Assembly: GCF_018977255.1 (NCBI RefSeq)
Contig: NW_024704743.1
Location: forward strand, 114,826,001 to 114,890,000
Direction: 5' to 3'
From: Callorhinchus milii
Taxonomy: Eukaryota
DNA: 64,000 bases
The position numbers were made by a program, and so were the translations under genes. Below the pieces are notes generated by a model that saw only the letters and a program-made list of their open reading frames with translations, searched no databases and was not told the origin of the DNA. This document shows positions 38,878 through 53,149 of the stretch, one piece after another (within the stretch, counting starts at the first letter, position 1; each line of letters begins with the position of its first letter).

Positions 38878-39190
38878 GGCAAATCATGTCTAACAAACCT
38901 GATAGTTTTTTGATGAAGTATCGGAGAGGGTGGATGAAGGTAGTGCAGTTGATGTAGTTTATATGGATTTTTAAAAGGCGTTTGGTAACGTGCCACGTAA
39001 GACATGTAAGCAAAATAGAAGCCCACGGTATTAAAGGGACAGTGGCACAGTTGGCACGTGGATACAGAACTGTCTGGGAGACAGAAAGCAGAGAGTGGTG
39101 GTGAACAGTTGTTTTTCTGACTGGAGGGAAGTACAGTGGTGTCCCCCAGGGGTCAGTATTGATGGGCACAGACACGATGGGCCAAATGAT
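38878..39190 (+). mobile_element. CR1 RT fragment joined to a CR1 tail, nested in a SacSINE1-like copy
   Basis: KSCLTNLIVF..DEGSAVDVVYMDF*KAF and GVPQGSVL, then ggcacagacacgatgggccaaatg. Confidence 0.85.
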
Positions 39191-40174
39191 ATGATGCTAT
39201 GATACTTGTTTCGGTGTACGTTAAAGATCATGCAATGTTATTCAAAAAGGGAGTTTCTCCCATTGTCCTTGCCAACATCCTTCAGATAACAATCCTCCAG
39301 ATTACCTCATTCCCTTCATAGCTGTTTTTGCCTTTTTTTAAGTTACTGCTGCATTTGCCTTCAAATAGTCATTTTACTTGACAGCAATTATCTGTGAAAT
39401 GGTTTGAAACGTTCATTGTTGAGGGCTCAATATGAAATGGAAGGATTATAAATCCGATTCTTTACTTGGATTGCAGTGAGTGTTGATGGCTTGAAAAGTG
39501 TCATTTTGCCCAATTTGCTGGAGAGACTGGTCCCCTGAGGATTTTGTATGCTGCAACCATTGTATCCACTCTTGTTTGTGTTAAGAACAATGTTTATCTC
39601 CTGTGTGAACATTTTCTAAATATCCAGGAAGTGATTTTCCAGCACTTAAAATATTTTGGAAAAATAAATGTCATTTTTGTGAATATTCTGTATATTTTTT
39701 CATTATCACAATTGCAGATCAGTATCTGAACCTGTACATGAGGATGATTGGAGTGAATTCAGTACGGTAGGTCTTTGGCACCTAGGGTACAAAAATAGAT
39801 CCTGACTGTAATATGTGTAAGATTACACTTTGTTTTTAATAACTTAATAACATTGAATAATGTATTTCCTGTGACTTTAAAGCCTTGATTCTGTAGGGTC
39901 TTCTACGGCATATTGTATTTTGCTTTCGACAATTGTGCGTTACATCTGAACATCAAACAAAGCACTCCTATCAGTAGTTATTGGAATACGACATTTGAAA
40001 CATATTGAATTTTATTTTCTCCACTGACAGTTGTCCCTGCACAATGAACAAACTTTTAAGCCCAATCTTAACAGCCCAATCTTTTTTTAACCCCACTTCT
40101 CCGACGCCACCCCCCAACCACCCACCCCATTCCCCATTAGTATACAGCTGATATCAGAAGCTCATATGGGAGAA

Positions 40175-40600
40175 GCTCGCGGTGTGAAAAAAATTCTTCT
40201 CACCTCCCCTCTGTTTCTTTTAACACCTATTTTAAATTGATGTCCTGGGGTTATCGACCCACCTGCCAGTGGAAATAGTTTCTCCTTGTTCACCCTATCA
40301 AATCCCCTCATAATTTTGAAAACTTCTATTAAGTCTCCTCTTAATCTGTCTGCTCCAAAGAGAATAATCCTAGCTTCTCCAGCCTCTCCTGATAACTGGT
40401 TCCATCCTCATTCCTGGTACCATCCTGCTGAATCTCCTTTGCAGCCTCTCCAATGCCTTGACATCCTTACTAAAATGTGGCGCCCAGAACTGAACACCGT
40501 CCTCTAGCTGAGGCCTAACCAGCGTTTTATAAAGGTTCATCATATCTTCCTGACTTTTGTATTCTATGCCCCTGTTTATAGTCTAGTAACCTGTATGCTT
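40175..40600 (-). mobile_element. CR1 ORF2 C-terminal fragment
   Basis: Reverse complement of cagttctgggcgccacat...ttggagaggctgca...ggatggtaccagga...agaggagacttaatagaagttttcaaaattatgagggg. Confidence 0.85.
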
Positions 40601-40813
40601 TAAAGATTGTCTTCGCTCCTTTGTACATTACATTTCTTGCTCTAAAGTGCATCCCAGTAGCTGTGCAGTTCACTATCTTTTCATTCAGAAGTATAGTAAT
40701 CCTGTGAGGTTTGTATCAGTTAGGGCTGTACTGTATTAAATTTGATTTTGTTTTCTTACTGTTTTACAGTGGAAGGTTTTGTATTTCACTTAAAGCTTTG
40801 AATTAGATATGTC

Positions 40814-41130
40814 GGCCTGGTTCAGTGGAAGCACTCTACCCTCTGAGTCGGAAGGTTGTGAGTTCAAGCCTCACGTTGGCACCTGGATTCACGTGGTCTA
40901 AGCTGACACTCCAATGTATTGCTGGTGGGGTGTTCCATTGTCAGAGGTACCGTTATTCAGATGAGACATTAAACTGAGGTCCCATCTGCCTGTTCACGTG
41001 GACGTTAAAGATCCTATGGCTCTATTTGAAAAGAGAAGGGAGTTTCTCTCTCCTATGGCTCTATTTGAAAAAAGAAGGGAGTTTCTCTCTTCCGATGTGC
41101 CAACAACAATCCCTCCCTCTAGATAAGATC
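40814..41130 (+). mobile_element. SacSINE1-like DeuSINE, 5' part, with a 39-bp internal tandem duplication
   Basis: Head ttcagtggaagcactctaccctctgagtcggaaggttgtgagttcaagcc, Deu domain, duplicated unit 41012-41050/41051-41089. Confidence 0.8.
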
Positions 41131-42161
41131 GTTACTAGACCTTTTGACATCATCAACAATAACAAATTGCATTTATATAGCTCCAAGGAGCAAGTCCCAA
41201 GTGCTGGACAGTGAAGGGTTTGAACACAAGCTGGGGGATGAAGTCAAGAGGGTTGGAGGGCAAAGTAGGTGGAGTTGGGACAATGACCAAAGACGTAGTC
41301 AAAGAGGTAGGTAGGTCTGGAACAAGTACAGCTTCTTGCCCTCGCTAAGTGATTGGCATATATATGTTTGAGTGCTGTAAGCATAATCTATCATTGTCAA
41401 AAAAATAGGTTTTAGCTCTTGAGCAAAGTTTTTTTTTTAAAAAGTTTAGCTTGCAATTTTTTTTAAAAAAGCTTGTATGGTGAATACATTTTCTAATTTT
41501 GCTGCCTCAGGGAGAAATATGTGTGCATTTGAAGTCTTGTATTTGACTTAAAGTATCCAGTGGCTTGCCAGTTACAAAGATAACATTTCTCTGAAACAGT
41601 CATACTTTTAATATTTTTATAATTGCACCCCCGATTCTGTGGTGTAAAATAACATTTATTCCTGTTCCAATCCTTGGTCTCTTGGGACATTCAATGTGCT
41701 GACAGTAGATACCAATTTGTTTTGCTGCTGTATGAATTAACTTTACAGTATAAGTGTCCTGGATGGATCTGGTGTTGCAGCTGACTTGAAATCAATGTTG
41801 ACTGGGGTCAATCTTTAAAAAAATAAGATATGGAGGAATTTTAAAAAAATTCTACAGGATATGTCATGCCAGTGAACCCGTTGAACAGTTTAATGATATT
41901 GGTTACCATGTTGATTGGGAGGGAAAAAGAGAAATATTTCCACACACCCCCAAGGTTCTTAGTTTCCACTAAGATGGTGTAAAGTGATTTCTCAATAATT
42001 GGCACTATTTTTAGCACACTAGTACACTGAACCTGATCTAGTACTTTTTCCATTGGGTACGAGATTTACGTTTACTGCTTGCTTTAATTTACATAGCACA
42101 TGCTATTTTGCCATCTTTTTGTTTTTTAACTTTTTAAAGTTTATTTCTTCAATTTATAACT

Positions 42162-43013
42162 TGTATATTAATAAAGACAACATGTCTGTCTGTGTGCCCG
42201 CTAAAAACTCCATAACCGATTGACGTAGAGACATGATTTATGCCTCATCGGAAAGGTAGGGAGTGTCATGGGCATATCTCGTTTCGGGGGTTTTCTATCG
42301 TCGTTGAGCTATATTTTAAAAAATACTTTAATTAGCCCCAAAATACGAGGTATGCATGGTATTCTGCAACAAAGTAGCAATGGAGGTAATCACACACCCT
42401 TCTAGAAAAATACATTGGGAGAGAAACAGAAAGAGGGAAGGAGGGACGAGACTGGTTGAAAAAAATTCAATGCTACATTTTTAAAGATTAAATCTGTCCC
42501 CCCCCCCCCCAAAAAAAAATACGCGGAGCCCCATAATCTCTCGAGAGTAAGGAGGGGAGAGAGGTTTCTTTTGGCGGGAGGGAGGGGGCAGAGGGGAAAA
42601 ATTATAAGTGTGTGTGAGTGAGTGTGTCAGGAGGGAGGGAGGAGAGGGTTAAGGTGAACCCTGAGGCTAACTAACTGAGCAGCAGGAGCCAAGAGAGAGA
42701 TCCCAGTGCGGCTCACACACTGCGCATGTGTCTGTCCACCAATAACGCAATAACCAATTGACGTTATATACAGCATTTATTCCTCATCGATTTATACCTC
42801 ATCGGAAAGGTCTTTCTTGGGGGTGTGTCATGGGGCATTTTGTGGGGGGGGAGGTGCGGGGAGAGATCTATTGTTTATGAGCTATGACCTAAACAAGCTC
42901 ATCACACATGTATGGCAATTTGTTAAATAGTTTGTGACTGGTATCACTGAAATCTACATTCTATATTGAATCCTTTGGTTGCAAGCGTAGCTGCAACGGG
43001 TATGAAAGCAAAG
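42162..43013 (+). mobile_element. Probable non-autonomous Helitron, degenerate
   Basis: 5' tgtatattaataaa...tgtctgtctgt...aaaaactccataaccgattgac; internal direct repeat; 3' hairpin gttgcaagc-gta-gctgcaac then gggtatgaaagcaaag|t. Termini are imperfect. Confidence 0.5.
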
Positions 43014-44804
43014 TGAAGAACAGTGCAATCACAGGAATTTACTTAACAGGGTTTGGGATTTAAATGAACTGGATATTGTGTGCTATGTTCATTGTTCATT
43101 ACAACAAATCTGGAGATTTTGTTTAAGAAGTAATAATCCCTAGCAAACAAGTACAAGCATAATGCATTATTCTCTTGTAACACAGCTGTCTTTCCTTTTG
43201 AAAGTCCTCTTTGCATAGAGGAAGTATTAAACTTGCAAACATTTTAGACACAAACACCATTGCTTTAAATGTGCTCTGGACATCATTCTTCCAACTACTA
43301 CAGTACAGTAGTTAGAAAAAATTCACAGAATTTACTGTCAGTCGCTTGCAGAAAGAAATGCTGCTCTTGCCCATTCCTTTCGAAAGGTTGTAAATATGGA
43401 GCCATAAATGTCTGAATGTTGTGAGGTTGGCTGAAGGGAAAGTGATTCCAGTTTTGATATTGCAGAATAATAAATGTTTTTCTAAGAATATTGATCAAAG
43501 TACTTATTTTAAAAGAGAAATTCTTCTGAAGCTGTAACAAAGTGGACCTGTAGTTATTGGCCAAGTGCATGCAGAAGTGTATGCTTTTACATTGTAATAT
43601 ACTATTCAATCTTAGAAGTCAAAAGAACATAAGAAATTTTAGGAATTGAAAAAGGCAATTACGGACAACCAGTTCACTCCTTTTTGATTAAGGATGTCAT
43701 TCCCTGATTTCCTGCTTTCTCACCAAATGCCTCCATCCTGTCTCCAGAAATATATGTATTATATATATATACTTTGTTACATTATTACCTAGTTACTTGT
43801 TTGTACTATTCAGTACCATTTCATAGATTGTATTGTATGGAAACAGACCATTTGTCCAAACTCGTCTGTACCAGCGTTTTACTCCATTTGAGTATCATTT
43901 TCCTGATAACCAAGCCAATATTAAGACATTACTTTCATATACAAATTATATCAATTGTCTGACTACTTTTTACTCTTAACTTATTTTTTACACTTGGGTC
44001 TCCTATATTTGAACCCAAATCTTGAACATTTTAAATTAGATCCTCATAACATCATTTTTCTCAAGATCTTCCTTAATCCTTCCTCATGATGTGAATTCCT
44101 GATACTGTATGCAGGGTCATCTTTTTACAGCTCCTGTTATAGTGTGCAGTTCACTGTCATTTGAAAAAGGGCAAACTAATTATACCTCTGTACCCTCTTA
44201 CAAACAATATCCATCCAATGATTGTATAACAGTAACTACACATGGCACTTTGGATGGGATCTGACCAGCGGCCCCTTGTGCATCAATTTAATATTGATTT
44301 CTACTCTATCTGTGCAAATTTAAACCAGTACTTTGTTTTTTTTATCAAGCACTAGGCCAACTGTTCGTAACTCCTAGATTGATAGTAATTTATTCAAGTT
44401 GAATCAGATTTGGAAGTGAATTCTGAACTTAATGAAGTTTTGTAGTATTGCTCCTTGTTGTCGCTTACTCATTAAAGGTACACTTGTTATTCATTAAATG
44501 TGCTCATTGTTACTCATTGAATATACACTTGCTACACACACACACAATTCCAGGCGTGTCTTCATTCCTATGTAAACACCTCAAATGCTGAATTGTGGGG
44601 AAAGTGGGAGCTTTCGTGGTTGAATAATCAAATAATTTTTTTTACGATAAGCAGATCTTCTGCCATGGTTGGTCGGCATTTCAGTATAGAACATATAAAT
44701 AAATAATAAATTGTTTTAAAACATCCCTGTATAGCTGTCCAGGGTTAGCCAATGTCCAGCAAATATACTTCCACTGTATTATTTGAATTGCAGATAACCA
44801 TTGC

Positions 44805-45402
44805 ATGTCATGTAACTTAGTGGTCAGAGCACTCGCAAGCGAGAGGATCTGAGTTTGATTCCTGGGCAGGGCGAAAAGTTGGGCAAGTTTCCATGCTCCA
44901 CCTGCCTCTGTTTATTGGTTGTTAGACGATTGATGGATTGCTTTTCTGGGGGGAATATCTCTTCAATAAATAATAATTTGGTCACTCAATCCATGACTGC
45001 TTGTGGGACATTGCTGTGCACAATTGGCTTCTGCGTTTTGCCCACAAAATATAGTCACTATAATAATAATAATAATCCTTGCATTTGATATAGCGCTTTT
45101 CACGTCTTCTAGACGTCTCAAAGCGCTTCACCGAATATACTGTAAAGTGAATTGATTGTATATTTTTGGGCGAAATGCGGCAGCCAATTGCGTACAGCAG
45201 TGTCCCACAAACAGTCGTGGGTTGAAAATGACCAATTTATTATTGTTTTTTATTTTGGAGGGATTATTATTAGGCTCTGTGTGGAGTAAGGAAACTTGCC
45301 CAAGGTTTTGCCCTCTGCCTGGAATTGAATTTGCAGTATTGCACTTGGAGACATTTTGAAGGCATGATAAGGCATTATATCAAATGCAAGGATTATTATT
45401 AG
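44805..45402 (+). mobile_element. Long-form SINE interrupted by an antisense young SINE
   Basis: Head and body to 45058, tail resumes at about 45330. Confidence 0.85.
45059..45329 (-). mobile_element. Young tRNA-Ala SINE (5'-truncated at the B box), nested antisense
   Basis: Reverse complement near-identical to the 26355 copy. Confidence 0.9.
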
Positions 45403-46509
45403 AATAATGTAACCAGTGATTGCTTGTCTGTTACCATTTCTGAGGTAACGGCTTTGAATCCTAACAGTAAAGAGACTGGTTTCAAGATCTTATGTGACAT
45501 TTGTTTGTTTGTAGATGGATGAAATAGTGGTAAACTTCCATTTCTATCAGTCCAAATTTAAAACACTGTACATCATAACTGTGAGACTTAATAAGAATTC
45601 AAGTTACTACAGGTATAATGTGGTCAATGTCAGTGCAAAACACGAAGGATAAGTCTTGCTCTGTTACATGAATCAGCATAGCCCTGGCTAATGCATTTGG
45701 AAAACAAACGTTGCAGGTTGCAAGTCAAAATGACGAATTAAGAGGACATTGATCTATTTAAGTAGATAGCAAGTTTATACTACAGATTTTATTTAGATCT
45801 GCTGAGATTTATTTTATATTTTGCATAAATTTAAGCAGTTCATTGATATTAGATTTCACATTTCTTTTCCCCCCCACCCACTTGCCACCCAAGTATCGTA
45901 TGTAGGTATTCAGTGACATTGTTTCTGTGGATGTGCTGAGCTTATAAATAATCAATAAGCTTGAGCCACTATAGAATGTTGTAAGGTTAACATTTAAGCT
46001 ATGTACTTGTTTACCATCTGCAGTTGTCTTGACTCTCCTTTGTACAATCGATAGTGTTTTTGATATTTCAACTACATTTTATTCTACTGAAATGATCTGT
46101 TTTTCTTTCTATGTTTGTTCGATCAAAGCAACTGTAAGTGGACACTTTTAAAATCGTTAGTCTTTGCAGGTGCAGGATTACATTTGCTTCTTGAATTACA
46201 CCGTACACCAGATACTTAGAAGCAGAATATTGCCTGAAGTTCAAATTGCTATATGAATTTAAATATCATTTGAATTTGTATGTTTCCTCCTAAGATTTTG
46301 AGGAGGCAAAGCTTGTCCAATTTTTTAATTGGCTTTGTGTTTTTGAATTAAACTTGCACCATACAGAATTTCTATCTTTTGGTTTATTATTATTTTGATG
46401 TGTATGACGTAGCTGTTTTCCTATGGCTACTTCATTTGTATTTTTCCTGTGATAACATTTGTTCGTAATGCAGCTTACTCCGCTAGGAATAATTTTAAGG
46501 TTAGAGTTG

Positions 46510-46672
46510 CACTGCCTGATAGGGTGGTGAAAGCAGGAATTGGACATATACTTGAAAAAGAATAAATTGCAGGGCCATAAGGTAAGAGTGGGGGAGTGGG
46601 ACTAGTTGGATAGCTCAAAGAGCTGGCACGATGAGCCGAATGGCCTCCTTCGGTGCTGTAAGATTCTATGAC
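46510..46672 (+). mobile_element. CR1 3' end
   Basis: gggggagtgggactagttggatagctc...gccgaatggcctccttcggtgctgtaagattctatga. Confidence 0.82.
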
Positions 46673-47416
46673 TCTTTGCCTGTACTCACAATTGCACTAA
46701 AACTGAACCTAGCATGCTAATACTTTTCCATTTGTATTCTCCCTGATGCACTAAACGTTTATTGCTCTGTTTACATATTGTAGGAATAACTAAAACTGGG
46801 CAGGTGTCACATTTAAGATTGTTGCATTCATTTTTAAATTCTTATTCAATTGCTCAGATTTTAAGCCTGAACGTTCTTCTGCCAGAAAAGGGAGGATTTC
46901 TTTCAATCATTATTTTGCGCAGACTTCCATCACCATCTCTTCACAACTACCTCTTTATGCAGCATCAATGCTATTTTGTATGCCTGTCCCCCTCATAACG
47001 TGGACCAAAACAAAAGTGCATCGGCAATTGGTCCTGGCTAGAATTTACCACGTAACTTGAGCCTTCTTGTTATGCTCTTGCCTCCACTTACAAACCTATA
47101 CATCTAACTCCATTAACTTTACTGATTAGACAGTCTGACCAAATCAATTTAGGATCTTTTCAAAACGATTGCAATCCTTTACAGAGGTGAAGAGACCTCA
47201 CATAAGCCCAATGATACTTGAAGAATTGTGGAGACCTACTGGATTTGGGTGTTTCCTTTTTAGTTAGGCCTCTGATTGGCATTTTAAACTAATTTGGGAG
47301 CTGGTCTAGGGCTGGGGTATGCTGAAAAAGCACAACATGTAGTGGTACCTACTATTAGATATTTAGTGATCTAATTTTTTTTAACTGAAATTAAAAATGT
47401 GTCTTTCTTTTAACAG

Positions 47417-47447
47417 ATGAAATCAAATCCGAGACTGAAAAACAAAG
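47417..47447 (+). CDS. ARFGEF1: ARFGEF1 exon 2 (31 nt)
   Basis: taacag/gtaagc; (D)EIKSETEKQ(S); phases match exons 1 and 3. Confidence 0.92.
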
Positions 47448-47639
47448 GTAAGCTTTTAGACTTATTTTTCTTGAGTTCTGTTTAGCTAAATTCACATTTG
47501 ATCCAAACACCATATTTTAGTGTATAACCATATCAGCGATTTACACCATTGTAATATTGATAAATAAATAAATAAATGCTAACTTTTGGTAAAGTGCCTT
47601 TCAGATTGAGAGGACATCCCAAAGCACATTCAAAGATGA

Positions 47640-48053
<414 letters not shown>

Positions 48054-48639
48054 TGATTAATATGATATCTTAGGGTATAAATACAATGTATGAAATTCAG
48101 CTTTCTGTTTAATTATAGTGGATACAGGAAGAATCGCTGCTTCTAGCTTTTAGAGTTGGTTGTTGAAATACAGCAATCTTCAGTTTGCTCTCTTGATACA
48201 TTGCTTCCATGTTGCCTCAGGAATCCAACTTGCTGTACTGGTACCTGCAAGAATTCTATCATAGACCTGATGGATGTTTTTGCAGGCATGTATTAGGTTT
48301 CCAACTTTTCTTCCAACGTGGTCCCCTGTGAACAAAATGCCTCGTAGAATTTGTACCAAACAGTAATTGTTCCTTCAAGGTCTGACAGGTTTTTGGAGTT
48401 TTTTTATTGCACCCCTAGGATCTGGAACTCTATCCCCCAGTGCCTTCGTCTTGAAAGGCGCTCTATAATTGGAATCTTGTTGTTGTTGTGTTGTTGTTGC
48501 TGTTGTGTTGCACCAGAAGAACATTTGTTTACACAGTTGCACTGCTTTGTTTCATTTTCATACAAAAAACGGATTTAATTACCCAAAGGAAAGCCACCCA
48601 ATAAAGGAATCTACACCTTCACCGAAGAAGTTACACATA

Positions 48640-48930
48640 CAAAAACTTGCATTTATGTAGCAGCTTTCACGTCAGAAGTATGTCCCAAGGCGCCGGACAG
48701 TCAAGGGTTTGCATCTGACTTGGTTGAAATCAAGGGCAAGGGTGTGGGAGGATGACCAAAGGCATGGTCAGAGAAGAAGGTCTTCAGGTGAGCCTTCAAG
48801 GAGGCAAGGAAGGGGGCAAGGTGAAGGAACTCTGGGATGGAGTTCCAGAGGGTGAGGGCACCTCCAGTGGTGAGGCAGCCAGGGTGAGGGATATGGAGCA
48901 GACCAAGCTGCATCAATAGTTTGCGAAGGA
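48640..48930 (-). mobile_element. L2 3' UTR fragment
   Basis: Same unit as the other L2 3' fragments. Confidence 0.8.
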
Positions 48931-49809
48931 GACTGAATACAGGGGCAAGGTCCCAAGGCATTATTCTGAACAGACGTATCCTCCTATGGATTTATCTGTC
49001 TTTTGAGGAGTATGCTGGAGTGGCCTTAAGTAAGTATTCTTTTGGACTGTATAACAGTTTCAGAAATTACCAACAGGACAGATAGTAGAGGTATTGAAAG
49101 ACTAAAGCTGAAACCTCAGCCTCTATGCCTTCCTTGTGCTAGCCAGCAATGAAGCCAAATCACTGTCAAACCACAAAACTATTGGAAACTGCTTTGGGAG
49201 ACTTGGGTTGACAGGTTTTAAGAAGCGGAATCATGTTTGTCAGATGTATGGTTAAGGGAATTTATCAAACAGGCTTGCACTTCACTTCATATAATCTCCC
49301 CCAAGATTCAGGAACTCCCACTTATACTGAATATCAGAAGAGTACCATCAAAAACAGCAGAGTATGCAAATTAATTTTATAATTACATAAAGCACAAGAG
49401 GCTCTGGCCAGTACTTGTCCTTGGAGCGCAAAAAACATTTTGTTGAAAAGAAAGAAAAACAAGTTAGGAATTCCTGTTTCGATTATCCAGGTAGACCAGA
49501 AGACTTCCTTGCAGCCATTGTTGTAAAGAATACATTTATTCAGATCGTGATCAGAAAGTACCTGGAGTTCATGTCCATTGACGTTTTTACCCTTAGGTTG
49601 GCTCTCAGGGGAATTGAAAAATATCTGTGGTTCATAGCATCTCTGCAATTGCAGCAGCTGCTACGCCTACCTCTTTTTAGCTTGATGTACAAGCCTCCTC
49701 CCAGCTTTCAATTGACGCAGCAGTCCTCCAGCTTCTAAAACAAAAAGATTAAATTAAAGCAGGCTGTTATGGTGTTCTTTCTGACATTTTTCCCCTCTCT
49801 TTTGTATAG

Positions 49810-49980
<171 letters not shown>

Positions 49981-52469
49981 TGAAAAGTGTTTTAACTACA
50001 TTTATGTTTTCCGCATGTGATTAATGTAAAGCATTATACGTGCACAATATTTTGTATTATGCCTTTTAGAACTTTGTAAATCTTATTCAAAAACTATTTG
50101 AATAAAGATTTTTGTTTCAGAACATGAATAATTAAACCATAACTTGTTGAATGAAGTAAATGGATTTTTAGCATTTAGGCTCACGAAATAAATTCTTTAA
50201 GTGTTATATGTTTGAAAGAATACAAACAGCAGCTTCCAGCAATATAATATAACTGTTTCCTGAATTTAAGTATTATTAACCAATCTTGAAGTGTGATACC
50301 TGTTAGTAATAAGAGAAAACATCCTTTTTGATTACATATTTGATATCACAGCTGAAATATTAGTTCGAACTACCTCATGGATTAGATTTCATAAACTGAA
50401 TTCTTCAGAATTCTCATGTTATATGGCTAACATTACCACGTATAAAGGGATGTGCTGCTTGTATGGAATTGAAGTTGTCAAAACTGTCAGATTTGTTATG
50501 ATACAGGTAAACAAATGTTCTGCTTATACAGAATGAGAACATTTCCAATGTGCTATTCATTCTCAATACTCAGTAAATTAAAATTTTTGATGATCTTAAA
50601 ATAAGATTGCCCTTGCAACAGGGCAGTTCTTGTCAGCAGTTTGTTCCACTCACATTCAGTAAATGTGAATATACTTTATTATAATATAATAATTATAATG
50701 TAATTTTTATTATATTTATAAATTTATAAATATCTTTTGATATTCAGAGTAAGTGGGAGCTTCTGAATCTTGGGGGAGATTATTATATTTTAATAAATAT
50801 AATATTTATTTATAAAATTATGATCAATATAATATCTCTTGCCTCCTTCAAGACCCATCTCAAGACCCTCCTCTTCGACTGTGCTTTCGATCTCCCTGCC
50901 CCCCCCACCCCGCCCTCCACCCTCCCTGATCCCGACCTCCAGCTTGGGTCCGAAACTCTTTGCTGTTGTTGTGTACACCAGGATTTTACAGTTTCCTTTT
51001 TACATACTGCACTGACTATGGCTCACATCAAGTTACGAACCATGATGAGTCTAATTGAAAACTTGGTTGAATTAGCAAACAAAATAGAGAAAATTACATT
51101 AAAACAGAAAGAATGTTTAAAGTAGATGAAAGAAAAAGACTTGTCAGGTGTAGAGTTAATAATAATCATCCTTACACTTGATATAGCATCTTTCACGTTG
51201 AGAGGACATCTCATAGGGCAGCGTATCCTGTAAAGTGTGCTTTGTGTGTGAATTACCCCAGACGTACTATTTACGGTGCTCTCAAGAATAGAGAAATTGA
51301 CTTGAGTTTGAAAATTGATGTTTTTCCCATTTTAACAGAAAGTGGACAGGGACCATTATGGGAATTGCAGAGCTATTGGTTAGCTTGGTGTAACCAAGGA
51401 ACCCTTTGGAGAAAATTCAGACACCTCTAGAGAATGCTTCAGCAAACTGTGTTTGAGAAGAGAGTGTGGATGTGCTGATTAGTTCACGCTGAAACAAATG
51501 GTAGAAAGCACTGTTCGTATGGAAACGATGTGTAGCTGTGATTCATAGAATGTAAGCCACCTATGACTCATTGTGAAGAGATGGTGTCTGGCAGTTGCTA
51601 GAGCTCCATGGAGTAGCTGGAAAGAAAAAAAAATCCTTATTTGATGTTGTGCTTTTTATATCGGGAGAGCATCTCATGGCACTCCACAGGATTTCCTCTT
51701 GTAATTGTGCATTTTGCAGATGATTGTGGCAGCTAATTTGCACACAGCAATGTCCTACAAACAACCGCAATATGAATGAACAATATTTTGGGGTGATTGT
51801 TGGCGAGGACACCAAGATTCTTTTCTCTGTATATCATATATCATATATTTGGTATATAGAGAAGGTATATAAGGGTTGTGTGAGGACTAAAAAAAAAGTT
51901 CACACTGAAGGTCAGAACTTGTATATGTCATGGACTTGTCATGGACTGTATATCATAGTAAAATGAATAATCCGTACACTTGATATAGTGCCTTTCATAT
52001 CTGGAGGACATCTCAAAGCTTTTCCCAGGGTTTTACTGTAAAGTGTCGTGACTGTATTTTGTAGGTGCGCTATGGAATGCAGGTGAAACTAGGAAGTTGG
52101 CAATTGTCAAAGATATGGTAAGGCTGGATTCTGAGTTTTTGGTTGCTGTCATAATAATTACTAATAGCTGGATTCTGAAAGAACGATCTAGGAGCTCAAC
52201 CTCAGCCAAAGGCATCAAATTCTGTTTTTTTTTGTACGAGAAACATAGCAGGAAGAATAAAGACTGAAGAAAGTAGATGCCAGTGGTGAGATGGAAGAGT
52301 TGGAAAGGTGTATATACTTTGAATATCACACACCAGGAATCCCAAAAGAAGCTGTTTAAGTTGAAATATGTTTAATGGTCTGTGGAAAGCAGTCTGCTGA
52401 AGATAAAGATACTATGGAATATGAAAGTGTCCAAAGCACATTTTTTTAAAGTTTACTGAGAGCTAGCCT

Positions 52470-53136
52470 TCTTCCACCTCTGCCACATTGCCCGCCTCCG
52501 ACCGTACCTTACCCCAAATGCAGCCGAAACCCTGCGTGGGTTTGTCACCTCCTGGATTACTCAAACGCACTCATCACCGGTCTCCCCAGCTCCACTGTTC
52601 TAAAGATCCAGCTCATTCAAAACTCTGCCGCCCACATACTAACCCGGCCCAAACTCCGTACTCACATCTCACCAGTACTGGCCAGGCTCCTCGGGCTCTC
52701 CAACCACAAATGGATCGAATTTCAAGATCCTCACACTCAAATCCCTTCACTCTCTTGCAGCTCCCTATCTCTCCAACCTCCTCATTCCCCATTCCTGTGC
52801 TCAACTGGCACCGACCGGCCTCTTGCTTATCTCTTATACTTATTTGGCCTGCTCCACGTCCCCCGACCCAACCACCCCACCATGGGTGGGAGAGCCTTCA
52901 GTCACACTGCCCCCAACCTCTGGAATTCCATCCCCCAGTCACTCCGCCTCGCCCCCTCCATAGCCTCCAAGTCCCGCCTCAAGACCCTTCTCTTTGACCA
53001 TGCCATCAGCCACCTCCCTTCCCCTCCCTTCTCCTCCCCCTGATCCCAGCTCGGGTCTGAAATGCTGTACTCTGTCCTTGGGACGTCCTCCCAACGTGAA
53101 AGGCACTATACAAATGTAATCTTGTTGTTGTTGTTG
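52470..53136 (+). mobile_element. L2 LINE 3' fragment
   Basis: Degenerate SRLDY/QNSAA-type coding region, 3' UTR, tail ccttgggacgtcctcccaacgtgaaaggcactatacaaatg and (TTG)n. Confidence 0.88.
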
Positions 53137-53149
53137 CACACTCTGCCCG

